Shown here piece after piece: positions 11,400 through 27,747 of a DNA stretch of 64,000 nt; position 1 is the first letter of the stretch, and the number at the start of each line of letters is the position of its first letter. Position numbers and translations under genes: made by a program. The stretch lies in the NCBI RefSeq assembly GCF_000143415.4, contig NW_003314320.1, positions 1,005,231 through 1,069,230 on the forward strand, read 5' to 3'. Below the pieces are notes generated by a model, which was not told the DNA's origin, made no database searches, and saw only the letters and a program-made list of their open reading frames with translations. This DNA is from Selaginella moellendorffii. Taxonomy: Eukaryota; Plantae; Lycopodiophyta.

Positions 11400-12990
11400 C
11401 CCAGCAGTTCATTGAACAAGAGCTCTTGGCAAATGGAAACGAGAGAGAACCTGATAATCGAGTTTGTGGACGTCGAAGACACTTTTGAGCGTATGGGCGT
11501 GGTAAGACTTGAAAGCGTCTGCAGCCAAGCGACGCATGGTTTGGACCTCGAGTAGCTGAGTTTCCTGCAAAACAGTGAGAACAAGAATGGAAAGCGGATG
11601 AAAAAGGAACAAGCAGATTGGACATGAATGTTGAGCAACTTCGAAGTTCCATGGGAACTTTAAGCAGATGGAATAGATCAAAACTGGCAAGGCAAGAAAT
11701 ATAGAGGAAAGAAAAGCCATACGTTAAGGTCACGAAGGAAATCAAGCTCCTGGGGCAGCAGAAACAATACAGCCTGGCAACGGGCATCCTCTCCGCGAGC
11801 GGTCCGACCAACTCGGTGAATATACCTGTGAAGAAAGAAGGCAAGCTTTCATCAGCAAAAACAAGGAAAATAGGCCAACCTTAGGATCAGAAGGCTGGTC
11901 GTACTGGATAATCCTGCCGGTGCAAGAACTCAGAAAACCATTGCCACAATCCCACTCTTCCATAACATATTGCAAAAACAATGCTGCAGGAATGTCCAGA
12001 ACTCGGGCCACAACATCGGTACAGAGGAGGAGCCCAGATTCCGCTGCACAAAACTACGTAAACCTCGTCGACTGCTTCATCTTCCCGTGAATACTCAGGC
12101 ACTCCAAGTTTAACAGGCGAAACAGTTCGAAGTGGAACTTGATGGACTTACAAAAAGAGAAGAAGACCATCACCTGGAACGCTTGTTCTTAAGTTCCGAG
12201 CAACTAGAGATGTCTGTTTTCTTTGCTTTTCACCTTCTTTTTCTTGTTCTTCTACAGGAATGTGATGAGAAGCAAGAGCCGCTTCTCGGTGGGCACCACA
12301 CAGTAGCCTTGCTCCAGGCCTTATACAGTAGACTAAATCCACAATCAGCTCAAACCTGACAGAGTTTTGCTGGTTATGTTGCTGCATAAGGCAGATCGAC
12401 AAACTGTGCTGTTTTCTGCAACTCAAACAAAGAAGGCGAGCTTAAAATTTTTTCGCTTCTCCTTATGCTGCCTCCAAGCCTGGCAATCTGTTCAGGCATG
12501 GAAAAGGATTCGCATCGCTTACAAAACATTTGCTATGCTTACCGCAGGTTTCTCCTTATACGCGTTTTCGGTGATTAATAGGTGGAAGATCGTGCAAAAC
12601 TGACGCTCAAGGATCCAGTCTATATCGAGGTCGCATCCAATCAGGTAGGAGAACTAGAACTGCCTGAATTTTTTTAGACTTCACACATTGCCTCATTTCC
12701 TCCTCAAATCCGATCTCAAGCAGCCGGTCCGCTTCGTCGATCATCAAGTACTGATGAAAACACTGCGCAAAGGAATAGAAACTTCAAACCATGTATAAAA
12801 GAATCACCTTCAAGTTGTGATAGATCCATCCTCCAAGTCCACTGTCAGCAGTGCTCCTGAGATGATCCAGGAGCCTTCCAGGAGTAGCAACGAGGAGATT
12901 CACTCCTTCGGCCTCGGCTTTACGATTCGAGCTTCCGATGATCACCATATACGTTTGGGTGTGCGCTGACATAAGTTTGCTTGCAACTAG
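11400..12990 (-). pseudogene. DEAD-box helicase (HAS1/DDX18, RH27/RH51-like) pseudogene with an internally inverted segment
   Basis: Minus strand: [93 protein letters not shown]. Plus strand (about 12375-12645): DRQTVLFSATQTKK/VEDRAKL..PVYIEV. Stops and frameshifts present. Confidence 0.9.
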
Positions 12991-14099
12991 ACGTATCACG
13001 AGCTCGGGATCACGCTGCCACCGGAGGTGAATCGCAAAGCGAGCAGCAGGCTGGCATCAATGCTCGAGGACGGGAAAGACATTGTCTTGGTGATCAGCTT
13101 GCAAGCGATCACGCTGGTGGAGACCCGGATCGTGGATGGGTTCGAAGGTGGCCAGAGCCAACGAGAATGGGCATCGCATGTCTACTCTGGGGATGATCTC
13201 CGCAACTTCACCCCCGCTCGCTGACACAAGACTGTAGACAGTAGACTTTACTGCCATGGGAGCACAGAACGGGGTTGGGAAAGCTGGCGCATGCGGGTAA
13301 TGGAAGTCGTACCTGTCGAGACATCGTCAAGATCAGGAGATAGCAATCTTCGCGCTCTTCCCCTCCCGAATCTAGTCCTGGTTCGCTCCGTCAGGCTGAA
13401 GCACTGCAGTCTGAGCACGTCAACTTCCAAGCCTTCCAGATGAAGAGTACGAAGCAAGGGTGGAAATTGCTGGAAATTGCTAGGGGTGCTGGCTGCCACT
13501 CCAAGTTGAGGGAGGGCGGAAAGGTGGTGAACGCGCTCCAGTGGAGGCTGGTTTTTCTTCAGCCGTTGTACATTGACGCTGCTTGGGAATGTCGGGAAAT
13601 CTTCCCAGAGAAAACATCACCAGTGGCCTCGATGGTCATAGAGAACATCATGTGTATTATAAGGTTAGCCTCTTTGTTTTCCTCTCTCCCTGATCTAGAG
13701 CTTATTTGCACAATCCTAGAGATTATCTCCTCGCGTCAATCTAGAAGAAAAGTGTAGTCATTCCAGACGGGTGGGTGGATTCAAGGCAGAACAAGCCATG
13801 GCGAAGCAAGCCACAAAGTACGAAGCTCTCCTCTGTATGTTCTCGAACTTCCAGGGCGTTACAGACTTGGTATTCGGTCCAGAACTTGTCTCGCTAGCTA
13901 CCACTAACTCGAGCTTCAGACCTTGGAGAAACATCGCCCCTGTCTACAAATATAATCCTTCCTGTGTCCTCAGTATTGATTATATAGTTTGGGTCCATAG
14001 AATAGATCTTGTCTTGCGCCCGGGTCGAAGATATGAGTAGCTCGGAAACTTGGCGCCATTTAGAATATTCTAAAAAGTTAAACGAGCGCGAAACAGGAC

Positions 14100-14107
14100 T
14101 AGGGTTT
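14100..14107 (+). promoter_or_regulatory. Telo-box (TAGGGTTT) immediately upstream of the AlaRS ATG
   Basis: Exact reverse complement of AAACCCTA, 15 nt before the ATG at 14123; typical of plant translation-machinery genes. Confidence 0.6.
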
Positions 14108-14122
14108 AGGGCTTTGTTGGCA

Positions 14123-18083
<3,961 letters not shown>

Positions 18084-18205
18084 CGCGATGTTGAAAGGTT
18101 TGATCATGCTTTGGAACCGCTCGTCTTTAGGATTAGAAACACCACCACTTTAATTCAACCAATATGTATAAAAGCCCTAAACTTCGCGCGTTTTGCGGAA
18201 GAACC

Positions 18206-21200
18206 CTAATTCTTGTCTTCCCTCCCGCGGAGCGAGGCGCTGGAATCGGTGACGAGGCGGAGGTCGATTCCCATGCTGTTGAGCTCCTGCACCAGCAGCT
18301 TGCAGCTGTAGGGGATCTCCAGCCTCGCGAAGCCCGGGAACTTGTCCTTGCAGAAGCGGCAGCTGGGCGCCCGCGACCGCCCAATGCTGGCCATGCGGTC
18401 GCAGCGCGTGCAAACCTCCACCTGGTGGGGATCACTGAGGTGGAACATCCGCTCCTGGATCGACGCCGCCGCGCCGTGCGCCACCAGGCTGCTGCGCTCC
18501 ATCTGCGAGAACTTGATCCCGCCATACTTCTGCCGGTCCTTGATGGGCTGCCGCGTGATGCTGTCATGCCGCCCGATCCTCCTCCACTTGATCTTGTCGT
18601 CCGCCATTTGCATCAGCTTTTGGTAGAAGCAAACGCCGACGAAGATCTCCGCCTTGATCATGGAGCCATAGAGGCCGCTGTAGAACCGCTCGTTCCCAGA
18701 CTTTTGGAAGCCACACCTTGACAAAACCAAGAACATCGATATAGAACAAAGCCAAAGAAAAGAAGTTAGAACAACTTACCTGTGGAGAGCAGCACCAAGT
18801 TGATCCGGCGAGGCGCTGCTAAACGGAGTGGTATTCACCCTCACTCCCATCGCGGCGGCCTTCCCTGCGATGCTCTCGAGCATCTGGCCCAGAGTCTGGC
18901 GAGTCGGGAAGGCGTGGGGATTGATGATCACGTCCGGGACGATCCCCTGGCGAGTGAAGGGAAGGTCCTCCTGGCTCAAGCAGCAGCCGATCACGCCCTT
19001 CTGCCCGTGCATGCTGCTAAACTTGTCGCCAGCCTGCGGAGCTCTCGTGCTCGCGATCTTAACTTTGACGCCGCCGTGCGGAAAACTCGCGCTCGCGGTT
19101 TTAACGTTGACGTCGTGCGATCCCTGGGCGATTTTCGGGAGCCGCACCACCTCTTTCACGGACCCCTCCTCGAAGTTCTTGAGGAAGATGCTGCTGTTGC
19201 TCACTGTCCCTTCTTTCAGCTTCCGGGTCTTGCCGATCACTGCCTGCGACGACTGGAGACGCGCACCGATCTCTGGGAAGCCATCCTCGTCCAAGTGCTG
19301 ATACCGCTGCTGCGGAGAACCGTCCTCCTCCACAGGCCTTCCAAAGCTCTCCTCGGAGCTCTGCAGATTGATGTTGTAGCGGTGAGTCCTCTCGTGGATG
19401 GAACGGAATAAACCACGGTCGATGGCCGCCTGGTTGAAGATAAGTGAGTCCTCCTGGTTGTAGCCGTCGTAGCACGCCACGGCGACGACGCAGCTCTGGC
19501 CGTGCATCAACTTCTCCGGCCATCCCCGCATCATCGCGGAGTCGTTTGGTGAGAGAAGCCGACACATGCTAGTCGACACCAGCTGCTTCTGCGGATAGAA
19601 AAGGCTGTCCGACGTCGTGTCGAAGCGTTTGCTCGGGTTGCACGAGTAGTATCCGATTGCATGCTTCGAGTGTTTCTGAGCTTGGTAGGTGACGCGGGTG
19701 CTGAGGTTGTGCTGAGCGAACGGAATGGTGGACGCTGTTATGGACAGCATCGCTGCCGGATGCAGCTCCATGTGTGTGTAGCGAATCCCTGATCTCAGAT
19801 CGCTGTACCTTGAAGCTATCACGCATTGCTCTTCTTCCTCGGGCCCCAGCAGCTCCACCAGTCCTTCCTGGAGCAAAAAGCGGACCTTTTCCTCCCCGTT
19901 GTTCAGTCCATGGAGCTCAGACACATTGTCGTCTGTCAGTAGCCACTCGTTGTTTTCCACGATGAAGACAGGCCTCAAAACTCGCCCTCCGTCAGTAAAG
20001 ATTTGCAGCTCGCCATGCTTGTTTGGTGCTATCTCCACCTGAGAAGAAAATAATCTCTTCAGCTTTACAAAAGCCGGAAACGTCAAAACTCGTACCTCCG
20101 AATGGATAGCACCTCGGCGTCGCCTGTTGCGAAGGTGCAGGACAGCAGCCTTAGCTTCATCCCGTGTTGACAGCCCGAGCAAGCGTCCATTGAGAAATAC
20201 CTTGTCAAAGACATGGAGCTGCTGGAGGGGAACTTCATCGACATCTTGTAAGTAGCCGCTGAGGTTGTCGAGCACATCGGTTTCATCGCGATGAGAAGAA
20301 ATCATCGCAAACAGCGCCAGTGTCTTGAGGTGGCCACAATTTTCCCCTTCAGGAGTTTCGACCGGGCAGAACCTTCCAGTGTGAGACTTGTTTCTGCAGA
20401 AAGAAAAGAGTTATAGCATGATTGACACAAAGAGTTTCACTTACGGGTATCTGCTGTCATTAACTTTGCCCGAGTACTGAGATGGAGTTCTTACGTGCCG
20501 GAGATGAGCCAGTGTACAAGTGACGTTTTGCCGTTTTAGCGCTTCCACCACCCCGCTGCCATACGTCTGTGGCTGAGCCCAAACTCCCCTCTTGAACGCG
20601 TCTCTAAAGTCACAAGTGACGATCTTATCGTTGAAGATCCCGTCGGTGACGCTCTTCATCAGCAGCATTTTCTTGCAAGTCTCCCTCATGAAACGAGTCA
20701 TAGCCTTGGTCAGCAGTAGCGCCAGAAGCTCGTTCACGCCCAGGATCCTTTTGTTGACGAGGCTGTTCTTTCGAGGCTGCCGGCGACCAAGATACGATGT
20801 GCAAAGGAACTCCACCATGTAGCCGAGGTATATCACCTTGCTCTTGGGAGAATCGAGAGCGGGAAACAGAGCCTCGACAAAACTTCCTTTGAGCTTCCTG
20901 GACTTGGAAGCTAAGAACTCCTGGTTGGCGGCACAATCCCGGTGATTGACGTCTTCGTCCCCGAAGAAGTCAGAAACCTGGTCGGCGGCCTCGCGCAACG
21001 AAGGCAGAATCATGTTGGCGAGCTCGGGATCATTTGTGGCGTGCATCACGTCCAGGACACTCTTGTCCGTCGCCAATCCCAGAGCACGAAGCGCTACGAC
21101 GATCGGGACTGGATCGGCTCCCGTGATAGACAACTCCAGGTTGATGATTCCTTTATCCTCCTTGAGAAGAACTCTCGTGAAAGTGTTCCGGAAAGACAAG

Positions 21201-21876
21201 CCTTTGTTGGGATAAACAACGTAGCTCTTCCAGCAGCCCTTCCGAGAGATGGAGCATCTCGCCCCAAAGTTCGAGTCTTGAGGCACCACAACCTGGAAAG
21301 TTGTAGAAAGTCATTCCAGCAAACCAAGAGGTGGAAAGCCCAAACCTTCTCAGCTCCCTCGACGATGAAGTAGGCTCCAGGATCAAGAGGACAATCGATT
21401 TTTCCATCGGCATGGGCGTTTGAGAGCTCGGAGCCGATCATACACGGAATCTCTCCGACAAAAACTTCGTCATTTCGGAAGGACTCGTCGATCTTCTCGT
21501 TAGAGAGCTGAGAAGAAAAGAAAGAAACCTCAGTCAAGCAAAAGAAGAATCAAACACACTCCTCTCTAGCTTCACAGGCAACGAAATGTATATCATCAAA
21601 GCCCTTCTTTCTCACCCTGACATGGATGTCCGCGAACAATCTTGCCGAATAGCTCTGATCCCCGAGGCGCGCCTCCCAGGGATATTTCACCACGGGCGGC
21701 CGGAGAGACGCATTCAGGAGCTTGATGGACGCCGTGCTGCCCTCCTTCTCCACCGAAATCTCCTCCGTCTGCTGGAAGAGCGACGGCAGCGCCTCACAGA
21801 AATCGTCGAAGGAGTCGATGAGATGCGCGACAGGACTCCTCCCTCGCAGGAACGCCGCAAGCACATCCTCTGCCAT
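18206..21876 (-). CDS. NRPD2: RNA polymerase IV/V-type second-largest subunit (NRPD2/NRPE2-like), divergent; 6 exons, 1112 aa predicted
   Basis: Exons 21876-21616, 21507-21346, 21292-20445, 20393-20096, 20038-18780 and 18716-18206 join in frame (3339 nt). Motifs GYNQEDS, GDKFSSMHGQKGV (Pol IV/V-type SMH rather than Pol II SRH), NPHAFPTRQT, CTRC..CRFC Zn site, IPYSCKLLVQELNSMGI. Confidence 0.9.
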
Positions 21877-21908
21877 GATCGCTCGCTCGATCGTTTGATT
21901 TCTTGCTA

Positions 21909-21916
21909 AAACCCTA
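21909..21916 (-). promoter_or_regulatory. Telo-box upstream of the NRPD2-like gene
   Basis: AAACCCTA at 21909-21916, about 33 nt 5' of the minus-strand ATG. Confidence 0.5.
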
Positions 21917-22504
21917 GAATGCAGGCTAGAAAGCTAGCTAGAACATAAAACCCCTCATTAGTCCCTAAAATCTAGTTTGTTTTATTGCCTGTCTTATTTT
22001 AACTTAATCTAATCCATCGTCCTGATTTGCTGACCTTCTCCACTAGTCTCGTCATCTTGGGAAAACTTGCTTGGATAATGAAAATCTTTGCTCAAAACAG
22101 CAGTTGCTACTATGTTGCCTTCTGGATCATTAGCCTGTAGAGTTTCATCATCCAGATCCTCAACATCCCCAGCATCATCTTCTGTGCCCACATCCATATC
22201 CGCATTATCTAGTGTGAGTCCACCACAACGGGCTGTTCTCCAAAGGTTCATTTGGTCTGCTTGACGATCGATGACAGAAGGCTATCCTGGCTTGAATAGT
22301 TTCTGCGCAGTTTGCAGAACCCACTTGGATGCCTTGGGGCTTGCACTTGTTGCCGACCAAAGGTGTACCAAAGATGACAAAGAAAATCTCTCTGTACCTG
22401 AAGCAACTAAGGAATCGGGCAAGGAACAAGATCAAGAAACCGAGATCAACTAAGAATCCAAGAGGGAAATCGAAAGAACACCCGCCGGGAATGGTCACCG
22501 TTAA

Positions 22505-24750
22505 GGCAAAAAAGGACTAAGAATGGGTTGATGGAGTATTTAGCAATGGCCTGGTCGTAAATTTTCTTTACGATTGAGACGAAGGCTAACAAGTGAGAAG
22601 CCCTGTTCCTGTGCGAAGCTCCATCATTCAGCTTCGTCGCTTCTCCTAATCGCCTAAGATCCAAAAGGCCGAAAGACGTTCAGCCATGGAGCTGCATTTG
22701 GGGTCTCCGAGTCATCAAAAATGTCTTTGTGTGACAAGTCGCACCAAGCCAGGCACAATGAACCATTGTGGAAGCAAAGCTTTGTAGCAGCACCACCTCA
22801 AATAAATCTGATCCCAGAAAATGTCAAATCTCAGCCAACTTCGGAATGAGCGACCAACTCCACCAGACCAAGACCATTCTGGAATCGATCGATGAAGAAA
22901 AGCTCTCGAGGTTGCGGGAAAATGGGGCTAGAGCAGCGAAGCACATGGAGTGGCTCTCGCCTCCACAGCCGGAGCTATGGCAGCGCCACGTCACTCGCTA
23001 CGTGGATTGAATCTAGCGTTAGGAGGGCTGAGGTGGCACTTCGGCCGAAGTGGTTTGGCATGGCGGAGGCGAGGAGGGTGACGAGCCGGGATTCCTGTAG
23101 AGCGAGGTCTGTTCCAAAGTTTGGAGGATGGAAGTTGCCACAGCGCGCCATAGATCCTTGGTCCAAGCCTGGGATCGAAATGCAACTGGAGAGCGTGGAT
23201 GGGATTGGATTGCTTTCTCCGCGATTTGTTCCGTATCGCCCTGTTGGTATACTTAAGCGGAGGTTGATATCGACTTCTTTCGTTTTCATCTTTGTGTTTC
23301 AGGTGTCCCGGATTTAGTACGAGATAGATCGCTGCTGCCAAAGTGTTATAGAGTCTACAAAGGAGGCTACCAGGAAACGACGAAACCGACGTTGTTTGAC
23401 GTTGTTGAGGACGAAGGGAATCATGTGGTTCTCCCGCTGAGAATCAAAGGATGCCAATGGAATGGGGAACGATGGTGTGCTACCAGCTTTTCTGCTAGTG
23501 AAGCCCGCGGCTCAAATGGTTCCAACATTCTCCAGAGCGAGCTTTCCAAGTCCGAGCAGCGGCTGAAGCGAAGCAGGTGATTGTTTTCGATTTTGGTGCT
23601 GCCTTTTGAAGTGTTTTCCAACAGGAACCGCGCAGAGTGGGAGATTATTTCTTGCGTGAGACTTGGACTCCTCCCAAGCACGAGAAGACGAAAAAGAAAA
23701 CGCCAGTTCCCCCTTTGGCTGTGAGTCTGATTCCAATGTTTAACGAGTCTGAAGAAGCAGCAAAGAACTCTGCCTTGATCAACGAGTACCGGATGGAAGC
23801 CAGGCGCGTGGCATATGAAAAGTACGTGTTTTCAACTTCACTGAACTTTGTGGTTGATGTTTCCCTGTTTGGAATGCATCTAGATCCAAAGGTGAAGACG
23901 CTCAACCCAAGCCAGGTGTGGAGCCGACCGTCACGGGCATGCCACCCAAAGCTCTTGAGGACTACAGCCTCCAGCAGCTGGGCTCCATACTTGGGAAAGA
24001 GATGAAGTTCTCAGCTTTGCAACACAAATTCAACAAGCAGCTGTACGAGTTTTGCGACTCGTCCGACACATTACGTCCATTTACATTCCGCCGGAAGTAC
24101 GCTGCTCTCAAGGTAAAGTTTTCCTCACAGATTCTTTTCTTTCTCAGCTGGTATCTCCTTCTCCGGACAGGCTCTCCATGACAAAGAGGCTGCAAAGGAT
24201 ATCAATCCGGCCGCCAGCATGGACCAAGCCGAAGTGTTCCTCAAAGGAATGGATCAGCATCCGTGGTACAAGGAGCTTGCAAAGCTCATCTTTTCGGGTG
24301 ATAAATGTGGCTCCAGGGGAGAGTGGCTCATCCTTAACATCCTCCGCCTGGCCGTGGAGGTACGCTTGCAAAGTTCTAGATAGATGCGCAACGCTATTCA
24401 TCCGTTCTTGGTTCCAGGGAGGAGGCAGATTCTCCAGAAAGGACTTCGTTCCATTGCTCTACTTCCTGGACAACGAGGGAGTGAATCTCAGCGAGCCCGG
24501 CACAGTGAAAGCTCTCGGATTGATCAGGACGGCACTCAAAGTTCCCAACGAAGCTTTGGAAGAATTCGTGGAGTCTTGCGATGTCGTCCCGGAGTGGCTT
24601 CTCAGCCTCTATCATCCCAGGTATGGAAGGCTCATCTCGTTTCGCAGGCCTACGCCGCTCCAGCTCAAAGCCTCGCGCTACTTCAGTCGCTTTAGAAGCA
24701 TGCAGTTCTCCTTCGTGTAAACCAGTTGCCGACGTGGCACATCTCATCCA
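22505..24750 (+). repeat. Inverted duplicate block: CFAP119 fragment + exostosin 3' fragment + uncharacterised multi-exon 'gene X' (about 23060-24720)
   Basis: The reverse complement aligns to 28813-30855 and to 34464-35480/38800-39360, and shares the CFAP119-exostosin deletion junction with the 30450-30470 copy. Gene X exons (KFGGWKLPQRAIDPW, INEYRMEARRVAYEK, FNKQLYEFCDSS) do not splice cleanly in one frame. Confidence 0.85.
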
Positions 24751-25203
24751 CCACCCGCGTCAGCAAAGCCCTAGCCACGTGGTGCCCAAATGACGTGGAC
24801 AAGATGTGGCGCTATGCATGCGTTACGGACTGCCGCGTCAGCAATAGGGTTTATGCAGCTGGGAGGGGAAACATCGGTCAGATCCGGCAGCGCTAGCGTC
24901 GATCTCGTCGAATCCATGGCAAATTCTAGCGGCGGCAGCCGTGGCGCCTGCATTTCTGGAATGTAAGTGGATTTTGGGGGGATTTGTTGCTCCTTCTTTC
25001 TTTACCAGCACCATAGTCTTCTCTTAGACGAATAATCTCTGTCACACACACACGAACAGATCTGCGCAGATGATTGCGTCGCACTAGATGTTGTTGATCC
25101 CCTGATCGTCGTCGTTTCCACTCGAGTCCCATGAGATGATCCTCCTCCCTGGTGTGCCGCTGTGATAATCTCAAGAGCGAGTGCCCTCTCCTCCAAGCAT
25201 CGG

Positions 25204-26705
25204 ATGGCCCCAAACCCATCAGCATTGCTACTGGCTCCCGTCCCAAACTCCTCCTCTTCTAGGAAGCGCCACGCAGAGGACGGTGGTAGTGGAATTTCCA
25301 TTGGAGCCGGCCCTGCGACCAAACGGGCTGTCAAAACGCCTGATGTTTTGTTTCGCCTCCTTGTCCCTGCAGGGAAGATCGGCAAGGTGATCGGCAAGAA
25401 AGGATCGCAGATAAAGAAGCTGAGAGACGAGACTGGCGCTCACATCAAAATCGCGGATCCCATGAACGTATGTATTCTCTTTGCAAGTTCTCTCTTTTCG
25501 TTACTTCCTTCGGCTGTTTAAGATCTGGCTAACGTGTTTGATGCATTTGATTCCAGACTACCGAGGATCGAGCGGTACTGATATCTTCCAAAAACGAGGG
25601 TGGCTCAGACAGAACTTGTGCCGAGCTTGCTCTCCTTGAAGTCGTCACGATCTTACTAAAGGTGACATTTTTTTGATCGCGAATGTCACTCGTCGCTCTG
25701 AACTTTTCTCATTTTCTAGGACGGAGATGGTGCGACGCCTTCTGCGGCAATTGGTCCTCAGCACCAAGGCTCTCCCAATTTGACCAGGCTGCTCATCGCC
25801 GGCTCCCAAGCCGGGAGCTTGATCGGCAAAGCCGGGGCCAACATAAAAAACATTCGAGGCTCATCCTCGGCCAGCGTCCGAGTTTTGCCTTCGGACCAGC
25901 TCCCGCTTTGCTCGGCAGCTTGTGAGACAGATCGACTAGTCCAGGTATCTCTTATTTCTCTTTCCTTTTTGTTCCTCGTCTCAGCTTAGAAGCGCTTCCA
26001 GATCTCGGGCGAAGTGGCCGCGGTACAAATGGCCATCGAGCTCGTAGCTGCCAACTTAAGGTAGTATTTTTTGGGGGTGGGGTGGTGTTGCTTTGCGGCA
26101 GACGATAATTTTACTGCTGCGCTCGCAGAGATAATCCACCAAAGGAAACTGTGCCTACAACTCCAGAAGCCAAGACGGCATACTTTCTAGGAATCGATGG
26201 AAAAACCGGACAGCAAGTACTACTCCCGCATTCTTCCGTGGCTGCTGTCTACGGGCATTCTCCTTCCTCCATGGCTCTCTACGGCCTCCAACCGCATCCT
26301 CTCGCAGGTCCAGCATACGCTGGCGGGGTTTTGGCCCAAGCTCCGCCGCTCTACGCAAATCCTGCCGCTCGACTACCACCGATGCTACCAAAAGTCTCGG
26401 CGGAGATGAGCGTTCCCAGCTCGGTCATGGGAGGCCTCATTGGAAAAGGCGGCTTTCATATCTCCCACATGAGGAGTGTTTCCGGTGCTACCATCAAGGT
26501 ACGTTTTTTTTCGTTTTTAGCTCCGCTCGATCGATCGGGAAGATCTAAATTTTTGTTTCTCGGTTTTGTGAAGGTCAATGGAAGCAAAGAAAGCTCCGTG
26601 GAAAGAACCATATTGTTTGAAGGGACTCAAGAGCAAGTAAATGCCGCGCAAAGTTTGGTTCATGCGTTTCTTAATGGGCAATCGGCCCTTCCTTCGTCGA
26701 CGTGA
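25204..26705 (+). CDS. Three-KH-domain RNA-binding protein (FLK/PEPPER-like), about 6 exons
   Basis: KH GxxG loops VIGKKGSQIKKLR, LIGKAGANIKNIR and LIGKGGFHISHMR; FRLLVP and TRLLIAGSQAGS; DRLVQISGE; GT-AG introns. Confidence 0.9.
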
Positions 26706-26714
26706 CGATGGATT

Positions 26715-27628
26715 AGATTAAGGTAAAAGGCAATAAAACAAATTAGATTTAAAGGGAGGGTTTTATGTTCTAGCTCACTTTCTAGCCTGCATTCTAGTGT
26801 TTTAGGAAGAAATCAAGCGATCGAGCGAGCGATCATGGCAGAGGATGTGTTTGCGATCTCATCGGCTCCTTCGACGATTTGTGTGAGGCACTGCTGTCGT
26901 TCCTCCAGCAGACGGAGGAGATTTCGGTGGAGAAGGAGGGCAGCACGGCGTCCATCAAGCTCCTGAATGCGTCGCTCCGGCCGCTCGTGGTGAAATATCC
27001 CTGGGAGGCGCGCCTCGGGGATCAGAGCTATTCGGCAAGATTGTTCGCGGACATCCATGTCAGGGTGAGAAAGAAGGGCTTTGACGATATACATTTCGTT
27101 GCCTGTGAAGCTAGAGAGGAAAGAGGTGTGTTTCATTCTTCTGTTGCTTGACTGAGGTTTCTTTCTTTTCTTCTCAGCTCTCTAACGAGAAGGTCGACGA
27201 GTCCTTCCGAAATGACGAAGTTTTTGTCGGAGAGATTCCGTGTATGATCGGCTCCAAGCTCTCAAACCCCCATGCCGATGGAAAAATCGATTGTCCTCTT
27301 GATCCTGGAGCCTACTTCATCGTCGAGGGAGCTGAGAAGGTTTGGGCTTTCCACCTCTTGGTTTGCTGGAATGACTTTCTACAACTTTCCAGGTTGTGGT
27401 GCCTCAAGACTCGAGCTTTGGGGCGAGATGCTCCATCTCTCGGAAGGGAGCTACGTTGTTTATCCCAACAAAGGCTTGTCTTTCCGGAGCAATTTCACGA
27501 GAGTTCTTCTCAAGGAGGACAAAGGAATCATCAACCTGGAGTTGTCTATCACGGGAGCCGATCCAGTCCGGATCGTCGTAACGCTTCGTGCTCTGGGATT
27601 GGCGACGAACAAGAGTGTCCTAGACGTG
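26715..27628 (+). pseudogene. Truncated inverted duplicate of the 5' end and upstream region of the NRPD2-like gene
   Basis: Near-identical to the reverse complement of about 21055-21990 (exons 1-2, start of exon 3, introns retained), with frameshifting deletions near 26850 and 27447; ends abruptly at SVLDV. Confidence 0.92.
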
Positions 27629-27747
27629 CAGAGAGCAGAGAGCAGAGAGCTCATTTGGCAAATAGCTCACTGAAGCCTCAAATAAGAACATGTACCTCTT
27701 TATTGTAGTAAAGAGCATGAACTCATCAATCTTTTAAAAGGATCTTC

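Noticed and set aside
13000-14000. Short ORFs with vague WD40- or enzyme-like words
   Set aside because: No convincing motif or splice-consistent model.
14033-14122. In-frame upstream ATG giving AlaRS a 30-aa extension (dual cytosol/mitochondrion targeting as in some plant AlaRS genes)
   Set aside because: The extension contains several acidic residues and runs through the telo-box; it does not look like a presequence. Not excluded without TSS data.
18133-19565. Long alternative-frame and antisense ORFs over the NRPD2-like exons (also over the HD, F-box, GH43 and exostosin genes)
   Set aside because: Shadow ORFs expected from GC-rich codon usage; no motifs of their own.
20039-20095. ORF track reads through this segment as coding
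   Set aside because: It is a 57-nt GT..AG in-frame intron with a pyrimidine-rich 3' end; treated as spliced.
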